NCBI GenBank assembly: GCA_034423215.1
Contig: DAOUIY010000008.1
Span: 80,904-144,903 of the forward strand
DNA: 64,000 nt
Direction of reading: 5' to 3'
From: Dehalococcoidia bacterium
GTDB lineage: Bacteria; Chloroflexota; Dehalococcoidia; Lucifugimonadales; UBA3495
This document shows, in pieces, positions 47,099 through 55,845 of this stretch (position 1 is the stretch's first letter; the number at the start of each line of letters is the position of its first letter). Both the position numbers and the translations under genes were made by a program. The notes beneath the pieces were generated by a model. The model ran no database searches. It had not been told where the DNA came from and was given only the letters and a program-made list of their open reading frames with translations.

Positions 47099-47314
47099 CC
47101 CGCCCCATTCCGCAATGTAGGGCCAGCGCATTGCCGGGCCCGCTCTTCCGGGCATTGACGGCCGCCGGTAGCTCCGGCTTTGGCGGCGGTTGCCGGGAAA
47201 GGGCGGGCCCGGTTTGGTTGGAAGCACGGCAGTTGCGCCGGAAATATGCGGCAAACACCCACCCCGTTCAACGACTCGGGTTAGCATCCCCTTCTAATTG
47301 GGTAGGGGAGAGCG

Positions 47315-48022
47315 TCAGGGCAGGAAGGCAAGCACCGAGGCAGGGGAGCCGGAGCCTCCCTTCAAGCGCAGAATCCCCACAACGAGGACAGCCCCCACCG
47401 GCGGGAGCTTGTCCAGGTTGCAGAGGTTTTCCAGGACCGGCCGGCGGCGTTCCAGCACCCGTCGGTTTATCGAGAAGGCGGTGTCCAGGCCGCCATCTAC
47501 CCCGTGAGTATCAATGCCCACGCCGGCGACGCCCCGCTGGGTCAGCAACACCCCCATGGACTGGGCATCAAAGCCGGGAAAGTGCAGGGAGCCATCCTCC
47601 GCCGGGCCCAGGTAGGCGCGGGAGTCCTGCCATTTGTCTTGCCAACCGGTGTAGAGGAGGGCAAAACACTGGGGCGGAACGGCGCCGTGTTCCCGTTCCC
47701 ATGCCAGCAGCTTGTCAACCCGCAGCAGGTAGTCGGGGTCAGCGCCCGCTTCCTCGCTCACGTCTATCACCACCGCGGGGGCAACCAGCGCTGAGGCGGG
47801 GAATTCGTCCACGCCCATGCCGCCAGCGATGAACCCGGCCGGCGCGTTGACGTGGGTGCCCGAATGTTCACCCATGGAGAACCGCCGCAAATTGAAACCG
47901 TCCTCCTGCAGGCTGGCGACGGATTCCAGTTCGAGTTCAGGGTCTCCGGGCCAGGTTGGCATTTCGGAGTCCAGGACGTGGCTCAAGTCCACAACGCGGT
48001 AATTGGCGGGGAAATTGGTCAT
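47315..48022 (-). CDS. putative cyclase / kynurenine-formamidase-like family protein
   Basis: VVDLSH..., MGEHSGTHVNAP (HxGTHxDxP-like metal motif), GVGIDTHGVD. Start at ATG 48022. Confidence 0.75.
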   Translation of the reverse strand: MTNFPANYRVVDLSHVLDSEMPTWPGDPELELESVASLQEDGFNLRRFSMGEHSGTHVNAPAGFIAGGMGVDEFPASALVAPAVVIDVSEEAGADPDYLLRVDKLLAWEREHGAVPPQCFALLYTGWQDKWQDSRAYLGPAEDGSLHFPGFDAQSMGVLLTQRGVAGVGIDTHGVDGGLDTAFSINRRVLERRRPVLENLCNLDKLPPVGAVLVVGILRLKGGSGSPASVLAFLP

Positions 48023-48111
48023 ATTGCAAGCATCCGACGGGAAGAGACGCGGCGCCCGCCGGGGCACAGAGTGTTGGCGTGATCCCGACTGTTTGTTGGT
48101 CTTTATCGCAT

Positions 48112-48906
48112 TTACTGGTCCTCTTCGTCCAGCCCGCTGACCCGACCCAGGAAAACGTCGGTGAGGATATTGGTTTCCTCCACGGTTTGAGGGGTCCCGC
48201 TATGGACGACCCTGCCCTTGTCCAGGACGTAGGCACGGCTGGCTATGTCCAGCACTCCCTTGATGTTGTGCTCCACCACGAAAATGGTAGTCTGCAAACG
48301 CTGGTTGATTTCGTGGACCTTGTCGAACACTTCCTTGACGATGATGGGGGCCAGCCCCAGGGTGGGCTCATCCAGCAGCAGCACCTCCGGCGATGCCATC
48401 AGCCCGCGTCCCAGGGCCAGCATTTGCTGCTGGCCACCGGACATCTGGCTGGCCATATCCTTCCGCTTTTCGTACAGCACCGGAAACAACTCCAGCACCG
48501 AATCCAGCCGCCTGGCCTGCTCGGACGAATCGTTCAGGTAGAGGCAGCCAATCTCCAGGTTTTCGGCCACCGACAGGTGGGTAAATACCCGCCGGCCCTG
48601 GGGCACGAAGGAAATACCCTGCCTGACTATTTCGTGGGTAGGCGACCTGAGGCGTTCGCCCTTCCAGTAAACCTCGCCCCCGGTGACCGGAACCAGGCCC
48701 ATGATGGCCTTCAGCACCGTGGACTTGCCGGCGCCGTTGGGGCCCATCACCGCGGCAAGCTCGCCCCGGCGCACACCCAGGGTGGCGTGGTTCAGGGCGA
48801 CAACCGCGCCAAACTGCACCGTCACGTCGCTCAACTCCAGAACCATTCCCGATTCTGCGGCGCCCGCGTCGTCATGGGGCTTTATGTTGGTCGCCTGGTT
48901 GTTCAT
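48112..48906 (-). CDS. livF: branched-chain amino acid-type ABC transporter ATP-binding protein (LivF-like)
   Basis: GPNGAGKST, MSGGQQQMLALGRGL, LLLDEPTLGLAP. Last gene of the liv-type operon. The substrate is unknown. Confidence 0.85.
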   Translation of the reverse strand: MNNQATNIKPHDDAGAAESGMVLELSDVTVQFGAVVALNHATLGVRRGELAAVMGPNGAGKSTVLKAIMGLVPVTGGEVYWKGERLRSPTHEIVRQGISFVPQGRRVFTHLSVAENLEIGCLYLNDSSEQARRLDSVLELFPVLYEKRKDMASQMSGGQQQMLALGRGLMASPEVLLLDEPTLGLAPIIVKEVFDKVHEINQRLQTTIFVVEHNIKGVLDIASRAYVLDKGRVVHSGTPQTVEETNILTDVFLGRVSGLDEEDQ

Positions 48907-48970
48907 GGCTCACATACCGGCTTCATACCACCGAATATCTTGTGACCAGGAAAATATTCCTTAGCTGATA

Positions 48971-49345
48971 GCAGTTCAACCGTTTTGAAACGATGGGAGT
49001 ATTTCCGCTCACCCTGAGCCTGTCGAAGAGCCATCCGCTCATGGTTCGACAGGCTCACCATGAGCGGACTCCCGGGTTTACCCATCAATAAAAAGTGGTC
49101 TAACTACTAGCAGTTCGACCGTCCTGAAATGATGGCTGACGCCCTGAACCGTAATTCCTGCTAAGGCAGGAATCTGAACTATAGCCAGCCGAGGTTCCCG
49201 CTTGCACGGGAACGACGGATTAGGCTGATTTGATCATCATTTCCTATTTGTCAGAGTACCAGTCGAAAAACTTGCTTGAAACCATGGTAGTGTTCCCGCT
49301 CACTCTGAAACTGAGGAAAAGCGCTCCTCCAAAGGGCCGCTACTC
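48971..49345. repeat. block of three or four repeat modules between livG and livF
   Basis: A B module (gcagttcaaccgttttgaaacgatgg...gctcaccctgagcctgtcgaagagcc...ttcgacaggctcaccatgagcgg). A TIR-like agcagttcgaccgtcctgaaatgatgg. Reversed A hairpins ATTCCTGCtaagGCAGGAAT and GTTCCCGcttgcaCGGGAAC. A truncated B copy (gttcccgctcactctgaaactg...). Confidence 0.85.
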
Positions 49346-49377
49346 CGCTGAAAGGGACCGTCGTGTGACCCAACCGG

Positions 49378-50139
49378 CTATGTTCCCAGGTAAGCCGCGA
49401 TCACCTCCGGTTGGTTGAGCACCTCTTCAACCTCGCCGCCCAGGAGAAACTTGCCGTCCTCCAGTACGATCAGGTGGTCTGCCATCTCCCGCACAATATC
49501 CATGTTGTGCGAAACAAAAATGATGCTCTTTCCTTCGTCTCTCATGCCCTTCAGGATGGCTTTCACTCTCTCCAGCATCTGGGGAAAGAGGCCGGCGAAT
49601 GGCTCGTCCAGCAGGTAGATGTTCACGTCCAACGCCATGGCGCGCCCGATTTCCAGCAGTTTGCGCTGCCCGTAGGACAGGTCGCTGGCCAGGGAGTCCC
49701 TCTTGTCCCAGAGCCCCACCTTTTCCAGGATATCCTGGGCCCGTTCCCGACGTTGGCTGTTGGACCGCTCGAAAAGGGAGGGCCAGAACTTGCGGGTCGT
49801 CAGCACCACCAGGATGTTGTCCAGGACGCTTATCTGGTTGAAGAGCCGCACTTCCTGGAAGGTGCGGGTGATGTTGTGGTCGGGAGTCTCGTGGGCCTGG
49901 ACCACCCGGAGGCTCAGGCCGTCAATTATCACTATCCCCTCGTCCAGGGGCAGGATGCCGCTGAGGAGATTGATTAATGTTGATTTTCCCGAGCCATTGG
50001 GCCCGACGATGCTGGTCACTCCGCGCCTGGGTATGGCGATGCTGAGGGAATCCACGGCAGCCACAGCGCCAAAGTACTTGGAAATCTCCCGAGTTTCCAG
50101 AATGTAGTAGTCGGAGTTGGTTGACTCGTCTGAATTCAT
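49378..50139 (-). CDS. livG: branched-chain amino acid-type ABC transporter ATP-binding protein (LivG-like)
   Basis: GPNGSGKST, LSYGQRKLLEIGRAM, YLLDEPFAGL. The start overlaps the livM stop (ATGA). Confidence 0.88.
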   Translation of the reverse strand: MNSDESTNSDYYILETREISKYFGAVAAVDSLSIAIPRRGVTSIVGPNGSGKSTLINLLSGILPLDEGIVIIDGLSLRVVQAHETPDHNITRTFQEVRLFNQISVLDNILVVLTTRKFWPSLFERSNSQRRERAQDILEKVGLWDKRDSLASDLSYGQRKLLEIGRAMALDVNIYLLDEPFAGLFPQMLERVKAILKGMRDEGKSIIFVSHNMDIVREMADHLIVLEDGKFLLGGEVEEVLNQPEVIAAYLGT

Positions 50140-51191
50140 AACCGGAACCTCCCCAGCAGGCCCTGGGGCCGGAAGAGCATCAACAGCACCAGCATTATGC
50201 CCAGCACCACCTGCCTGGCCTGGCCGACGTATTCCTGCGGCAGGCCCGGAAGGAATCGCATTCCTTCTTCCAGAAGCACGAAGGCCAGGGCTCCCAGCAG
50301 CGACCCCCAGATTGTTGCCAGGCCCCCGAGAATCACGATGGCGACCAGCAGCACGGATTCGAGCAGTATGAAGGAGTTGGGGTCAATAAAGGTAGTCCAA
50401 CTGGCAAACATACCTCCGGCCAGGCCGGCCATCATTGCCGAAATCACCCAGACCGCCAGCTTGTATTGGGTCACGCGATACCCGAAAACCGCCGCAACCT
50501 GCTCGTCTTCCCGAATGGCGGTCAATACCCGGCCAAAGGAGGAGGACACGATAAACCAGGAAATACCCACCACTATTACCATCAGCGCCATGGCCAGGAG
50601 CATCAGTTCTATTTCCGTATCAAACACCCAACTGCCAATCTGGGGCCTGGCAACGTCGTGAATCCCGAAGGCTCCCCGGGTAATTTCCCGAAGGTTGAGA
50701 AACACGTTAAACGCAATTATGGCAAACCCGAAGGACACCAGAACGTAAATATCATCGCGGAACCGGTTGAACGCTATCCCCACCAGCAAGGCCACCAGGC
50801 CGGCTACCAGAATTGCCACCGGCAGGGCCGCAAAGAAGGGCCAGCCGAACGTGGGAATTGAGCCGGTTCTCAGCTGCTCGTAAGAGGTGGTGGAGGTGAG
50901 GATGGCAACCGAATATGCGCCCAGACCAAAGAACCCGATATGACCAATGGACAGCAACCCACTGAAGCCAACCACCAGGTTGAGACTCACCGTGAGCATC
51001 GCCCAAATGGCGAAAACGGTCCCCAGGGTGATGGCGAAGGTGGCGCCCTTTATGAGCATGAACACCGCCGCCGCGCCCAGAATTATCACGTTGGCCCACA
51101 ACTCCACGTTGCCCCGGGAAGGCGAAAGCGCCTGACGCGGGTTGCGGAAGATGCCCTGAATTTGCTGCCAGCCCGGTGGTTTTGTCAGCAC
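50136..51191 (-). CDS. livM: branched-chain amino acid-type ABC transporter permease (LivM-like)
   Basis: 351 aa polytopic permease with a GTG start 4 nt after the livH stop. LSIGHIGFFGLGAY core. Confidence 0.85.
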   Translation of the reverse strand: MLTKPPGWQQIQGIFRNPRQALSPSRGNVELWANVIILGAAAVFMLIKGATFAITLGTVFAIWAMLTVSLNLVVGFSGLLSIGHIGFFGLGAYSVAILTSTTSYEQLRTGSIPTFGWPFFAALPVAILVAGLVALLVGIAFNRFRDDIYVLVSFGFAIIAFNVFLNLREITRGAFGIHDVARPQIGSWVFDTEIELMLLAMALMVIVVGISWFIVSSSFGRVLTAIREDEQVAAVFGYRVTQYKLAVWVISAMMAGLAGGMFASWTTFIDPNSFILLESVLLVAIVILGGLATIWGSLLGALAFVLLEEGMRFLPGLPQEYVGQARQVVLGIMLVLLMLFRPQGLLGRFRL

Positions 51192-51195
51192 GTTT

Positions 51196-52545
51196 CTACT
51201 TCCTCGGCAGCAGGCCCTGGGGCCAGAACGAAAGAAAAACTATCAAAAGGCCAAAGGCCACTACGTCCTTCCACTCGCCGGCCAGGTCCCAAATGGCGAA
51301 CTGCTCAATTATTCCCAGGACAAACCCGCCCAGGATGGCGCCATAGATGTTGCCGATGCCTCCAACCACAGAAGCGATCCAACCCTTCAAGAGCAAGAGG
51401 AGTCCCATCCTGGGCTGAATGGCCGTGTCGTGGCCGCTGAGAATACCGGCAAAGGCCGCGAACATGGCCCCAATGAAGAATACCGAGGCGACTATCACGG
51501 TGGTATTAATCCCCACCACTTTGGCAACCTCTTCATCGTCCCCTATGGCCCGGACCGCCCGGCCGAAAGCCGTCCACTTTATCAATGCCAGCAGGCCGGC
51601 GAACCCGGCCACAGCGGCCCCTATGGCGAACAGGTTGAACCCCTTGATATTCGCCCCCCATATCGTCCAGGGGACTACTCCAAAGGGGTCGGGCAGAGGC
51701 CTGGGGGCGCTGCTGAAAACAATGGAAATGAGAGCGGAGAGGGCCAGGAGGATGCCCAGCGACGCCACCAGCATTATCAGCGGGGAGCGGGACCGCTGCC
51801 TCATGTAAACGTACAGGCCCCGGTACAAGGCCAACCCCACCGACCCGGCCAGCAGGCAGGACACCGCCCAGCTCAAATACAGCTTGCTTCCCGGAGCGCC
51901 AAACAGTGACAAGCTGGCAAACAAGGCGAGGGCGGCGGCCAGCACGCTCACCACGGCGGTGACAATGCCAAGCCCTCTTTGGCCAATAAGCCTGGTATAG
52001 ATTGACCTGGCCAGCCAGATAAGCAGGAGTCCGGCGGCCACCGCCAAGAGCGGACCAAAGGTCTGGTGTATGCGGGTGGGGAAAATGAGCACTACCGCCA
52101 GGTAGGCTCCCGCCCCCGTGGCGACGATCCCGCCGGCCAGCCTCAGAATCGTGGGCGAAAATCGGGACTCGAGGCGCCGGTACAGCAGCGTGTGAAAGGC
52201 CCAGGCCACTACTCCGGCTACCACCAGGGCAAACAGGATGTTGACCACCGGGGTATTCACCTGGTATTGCCCGCCGAGCGACTCCTGGGACCTGAGGTAG
52301 AACACTCCGTAGGCCCCCAATGCAGCCGCCGAACCATAGTACAGGTCGAAGAACCAGACCGTGCTGTAAACCAGCGTAAAGCCCATGGCCATCAGGGCAT
52401 AAACGGCCCCCACCGACATCCCGTTAAAGCCAAACTGCATCGCCTGCCCGGGGGAGGTAGCGGCCCTCCACCCGATGTAGGCCAGGATGGCAATAACCAG
52501 CGCCGTGGCTATAAGTCGGTCAGTTCGGGAAAAGTAAGCGGCCAA
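51196..52545 (-). CDS. livH: branched-chain amino acid-type ABC transporter permease (LivH-like) with extra TM segments
   Basis: 449 aa. LivH-like ends (NGMSVGAVYALMAMGFTLVY ... GGIGNIYGAILGGFVLG) flank about 140 aa of additional hydrophobic helices. TTG start at 52545; an alternative ATG lies at 52440. Confidence 0.8.
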   Translation of the reverse strand: MAAYFSRTDRLIATALVIAILAYIGWRAATSPGQAMQFGFNGMSVGAVYALMAMGFTLVYSTVWFFDLYYGSAAALGAYGVFYLRSQESLGGQYQVNTPVVNILFALVVAGVVAWAFHTLLYRRLESRFSPTILRLAGGIVATGAGAYLAVVLIFPTRIHQTFGPLLAVAAGLLLIWLARSIYTRLIGQRGLGIVTAVVSVLAAALALFASLSLFGAPGSKLYLSWAVSCLLAGSVGLALYRGLYVYMRQRSRSPLIMLVASLGILLALSALISIVFSSAPRPLPDPFGVVPWTIWGANIKGFNLFAIGAAVAGFAGLLALIKWTAFGRAVRAIGDDEEVAKVVGINTTVIVASVFFIGAMFAAFAGILSGHDTAIQPRMGLLLLLKGWIASVVGGIGNIYGAILGGFVLGIIEQFAIWDLAGEWKDVVAFGLLIVFLSFWPQGLLPRK

Positions 52546-52807
52546 GTTAAACTCATTTGCCTCTGCTGACTAAACTGCTGCCTACCGTTTAACGGCACGC
52601 GAGGGTTGTACACACTTCTACTCAATGCTTCCAATGGGATGGGCGCTGCTCCTTAATCTGCCCGGCAAGGGGTTGACTAAACCCCAACATCGCTCCGGAT
52701 TTTCAAACTGCAACACTCGGAAAACAGACTTCCGGCGCGACGCAAATTTCCAAACCAAACCAAAATGCCCGGTGGTTGCCGTACCAGGAAGCGGGCGGCT
52801 GCCCAAG

Positions 52808-52846
52808 GCAAAAAGGGTTGACTGGCCCTCGCCAAGCCAACCCTTT
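52808..52846 (-). terminator. hairpin plus T-tract just downstream of the binding-protein gene (intra-operon attenuator candidate)
   Basis: On the minus strand: AAAGGGTTGGC...GCCAGTCAACCCTTTTTGCC, an imperfect long stem ending in TTTTT, 24 nt after the stop at 52870. Confidence 0.5.
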
Positions 52847-52869
52847 CCATCTTTACACAGGTACATCCG

Positions 52870-54051
52870 CTAGGGAGTCGGAGCAGGACCCAATACCCGG
52901 TAACCGTTATTTTCCTCAGTCCGCTCGCTCAAAGGAAGAACTTCGACCACCGCGTTGGCAAGTCCTACCACCTCGCCATTGGCGTCAAAGCTGTAACCGT
53001 CACCGATGGTTCCGTTCCAGGATATATCGTACAGGCAGTCCCTGAACCCGTCAGCATCCTGGTCGTCCTTGGTTTGGCCCAGGCAGTCCGCGGCAATGTG
53101 AACCGTGTCGTAGGCTGAGCCAATGAACCAGGGCAAGGTCACGTACCCATACCGCTCGCGGAAATTAGCCAGGAATTCCTTGCCCTTCTGGGTCTCAAGG
53201 TCGGGACTGGGAATTATGGCCTTCAGTCCCGTAGCCGATTCACCGGCTATCTCCAAAGCGGTGGTGCCGGTTGGGACGACCTCGCTGTAGATGGGCCCGT
53301 CGTAGCCGAGTTCCCTGGCCTGCTTCACAATGGTGCCGCCGGTGAATTCCGACTGGGCGGCAAGCAGTAGGCCGTCGGGTGACGAGCCAAACAGCTTGGT
53401 CAACTGGCTCCTGAAGTCGGTCACGTCCGAAGCGTACTTTTCTTCCGCCACCACCTGGCCTCCCAGCCCCTTGAACCGCTCCACGGTGGTTTTCTGCACG
53501 CCCTCGGCATAGTCGGTAGTCTCGTTGATGGTAGCGAGGTTGCGTATGCCATCGGACCACATGGCGTTGCCGGCATCCACTCCCAGTTGCGCGTCATTGA
53601 TAGCGGTGCGGAAAATGTAGTCCCCAGCCCCTTCAATGTCCGGGCTGGTTGCCGACGCCGAGAACAGGACCACGCCGTCCGCTTCGGCCAGCGGGGCCGC
53701 TCCCAGCATCGCGCCACTGCAAGAAGTGCCAAGAATAATTTTCACGCCGTCAACATCGGTGAGCTTGTTGTAAGCCGTGATGGCATCCTGAGCCCCGCAC
53801 TTGGAGTCTTCGACTATCAACTCCAGGTTCTTGCCATCAATTCCGCCGGCAGCGTTAATTTCAGCTACGGCCATTTCCTTGGACTGATTAATTACGGTAC
53901 CGTAGGTTTCCCCGGGACCGGTCAACGACTCCATTACGCCAATGCGATAGACGTCGTCTCCTCCACCCACCTGCTGACATGCAACGCTGAACATTGCAAA
54001 AGACGCCAGCGCGGCAACGACGACTACAATTCGCAAATACATGCTGCTCAT
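52870..54051 (-). CDS. Liv-type (type I periplasmic binding fold) ABC substrate-binding lipoprotein
   Basis: Signal peptide with lipobox MFSVAC. YRIGVMESLTGPGETYG and LGTSCSGA motifs of the LivK/amide-urea binding family. Start at ATG 54051 with a GGGAGGTG SD. Confidence 0.85.
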   Translation of the reverse strand: MSSMYLRIVVVVAALASFAMFSVACQQVGGGDDVYRIGVMESLTGPGETYGTVINQSKEMAVAEINAAGGIDGKNLELIVEDSKCGAQDAITAYNKLTDVDGVKIILGTSCSGAMLGAAPLAEADGVVLFSASATSPDIEGAGDYIFRTAINDAQLGVDAGNAMWSDGIRNLATINETTDYAEGVQKTTVERFKGLGGQVVAEEKYASDVTDFRSQLTKLFGSSPDGLLLAAQSEFTGGTIVKQARELGYDGPIYSEVVPTGTTALEIAGESATGLKAIIPSPDLETQKGKEFLANFRERYGYVTLPWFIGSAYDTVHIAADCLGQTKDDQDADGFRDCLYDISWNGTIGDGYSFDANGEVVGLANAVVEVLPLSERTEENNGYRVLGPAPTP

Positions 54052-54213
54052 ACACTCACCTCCCGGATTGCGGTAACCTTCGCCTGATTCTCTTTTACCA
54101 TACAAGTTGCCAACATAGCAACTCAAGGTAGATATTCTATCTCAATTCCATTCAGAATGCAGGCCTAATCAACGAAGAATTTACCAATCATCCGGCGAAG
54201 TGCGTCGGAGCTT

Positions 54214-54462
54214 TCACGCAGCTACGGCGCCCCGAGCCAGCAAAAGTATCTCTTCGATGGTGACCTTGGTGTCCTTGAGCTTTTCCTCGATGGCGATGCG
54301 CGAGTCCACCCACTTCATGGCCTCGCGGGAAGTGCCGGCAGTCGCCAACTCCTTCCGGTCGGGACGACGGTCGTAAATGGTGTAGCACACGGCAGGTACG
54401 TCTTCATGGATAACATAGCCGCGGTAGTAGATGTTCTTTCCGGTAGCCAGCGCTTCTGTCAT
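54214..54462 (-). CDS. small hypothetical protein (82 aa)
   Basis: GGGAGAG SD 5 nt upstream of the ATG, and codon usage like the neighbours. I recognised no domain. Confidence 0.55.
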   Translation of the reverse strand: MTEALATGKNIYYRGYVIHEDVPAVCYTIYDRRPDRKELATAGTSREAMKWVDSRIAIEEKLKDTKVTIEEILLLARGAVAA

Positions 54463-54730
54463 TTCAACTCTCCCTTGAATAGTTTTGAGTCTTCAAAGAC
54501 CCGGCCCGCCGTTCGCAGTGGGAACCGGTAGCCTGAGCCGTTTGTTGAATCAAATGTTCTAATATGTAACGCCAATAGTCAACAAGCAAATGTCAGTAAA
54601 TTCTTGAAAGACAAGAATGGAGGAAATAGTCAGGACCCGGCAGGCTTGCCGCCTACCAACGGGCGCCACTTACGGGGGCGCCGGTCAGCCCGGTAGAAGG
54701 ACCGGCACGCAGGCATGACTGAAGGAGATG

Positions 54731-55837
54731 CTATTTCAATGCCAGGGTAGCGGGCCGAAGCTCTCCGGTCACATTAAAGCCGCGATGTACGATCTTGGTG
54801 TGCCTGGGGAAACGCGGCGAGGCAAAGTTTATGGTCGTCTCACCCGGCCCGGCGGACGCCAGAACCTGGAAAACTATGGTGCAAAGAGTGAAGGGAGAGG
54901 TTGCCCCCGCGCCGGTTGTCCCGGCGGCGAACCCTATTCTCCCGGCCAAATTGCTTGTCTCGTTCTGCAGCACAAATCTAAGCTTGCCGCCGGGTTTCAA
55001 GGAGATTATTTCCAGCTTGGACCTGTCGAAATCCAGGTAAACCTGGGCGGCGTCCACCGGGTTTTTTTCGCCCGCATTTATTCTCACCCGGACCGCCACC
55101 TCCTGACCGACGCCTGCTGGCGCCCCCTCAACGTCAAGCTCCGCGGCAACCAACGACTCCGGTACCGGCGTGGGAGTCGGCAACGGAGTACTTGTCGGCC
55201 TGGGCGTAGGCGTCACAGTCGGGGTAGGAACGGGCGCCAGTGTATTGGCCGGCAATGGCGTCGCCTGAGGAGAAATGGTCTCTACCGGGGTTGGTGAAGG
55301 CGCCACCATGGTACCGGATAGCGCGTCGGAGCCAGCTAATTCATGAAAGGGGGTTGCGGCGAGCGCAGGTGGTGTGCCGAATATCCCTGACCCAAGATAC
55401 ACGGCCAGCGCTCCTTCCGCCGTCGGCGCGGAACCCTGGGCCGGTACGGTGGCGCCGGTAGTTGCATCGGCTGCGTCGGCCCCGGGCTCTGCGGCAGAGG
55501 ACAGGGAAGGAATCACGGTTCTCGGTCCAATCCTCAAGACGCTGGTGGCGGCATCCGCAGGCAACCCGGTCGGGGCGGTGGGAAGGGGTGTTGAAGAAAT
55601 GTTAGCGCTTTCTGGTTCCAGGCCGGAGGGACCCGGCCCCTGTGGAGTGGGCGACAGCGAGCCCTCTGTTTCGCTAACCGCCGGCAACTCCCTGTCTGGA
55701 CCGGTGCAGGCAACAACGCACATTGCCAGCAGCACCGCTCCGGCCAGCGCCCCGAACCCTCTGGCCACCCGGCAAGCGCGACCACCTGTTGCGAGGACTG
55801 GGGAAAGGCGATGGGGGCAATCGTCGGGCTGATTCAA
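54731..55837 (-). CDS. secreted or lipoprotein with a Pro/Thr linker and a C-terminal cohesin-like beta-sandwich domain
   Basis: Hydrophobic leader ending in the lipobox-like AMCVVAC. PTPTVTPTPRPTSTPLPTPTPVP linker. The C-terminal approx. 135 aa (VAAELDVEGAP...VAVRVRINAG...AQVYLDFDRSKLEIISLKPG...) resembles cohesin domains by eye. The start is uncertain (TTG at 55837 or an internal GTG). Confidence 0.6.
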   Translation of the reverse strand: MNQPDDCPHRLSPVLATGGRACRVARGFGALAGAVLLAMCVVACTGPDRELPAVSETEGSLSPTPQGPGPSGLEPESANISSTPLPTAPTGLPADAATSVLRIGPRTVIPSLSSAAEPGADAADATTGATVPAQGSAPTAEGALAVYLGSGIFGTPPALAATPFHELAGSDALSGTMVAPSPTPVETISPQATPLPANTLAPVPTPTVTPTPRPTSTPLPTPTPVPESLVAAELDVEGAPAGVGQEVAVRVRINAGEKNPVDAAQVYLDFDRSKLEIISLKPGGKLRFVLQNETSNLAGRIGFAAGTTGAGATSPFTLCTIVFQVLASAGPGETTINFASPRFPRHTKIVHRGFNVTGELRPATLALK

Positions 55838-55845
55838 GGGGCCGT

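Noticed and set aside
46565-47832. ORFs 46565-47287 (-) and 47131-47832 (+), each more than 230 aa
   Set aside because: They are antisense to, or overlap, the GlcG-like and cyclase genes. Their translations are extremely Arg/Pro/Gly/Ala-rich. Shadow ORFs.
47956-48945. 329-aa + strand ORF
   Set aside because: Antisense to livF. Shadow ORF.
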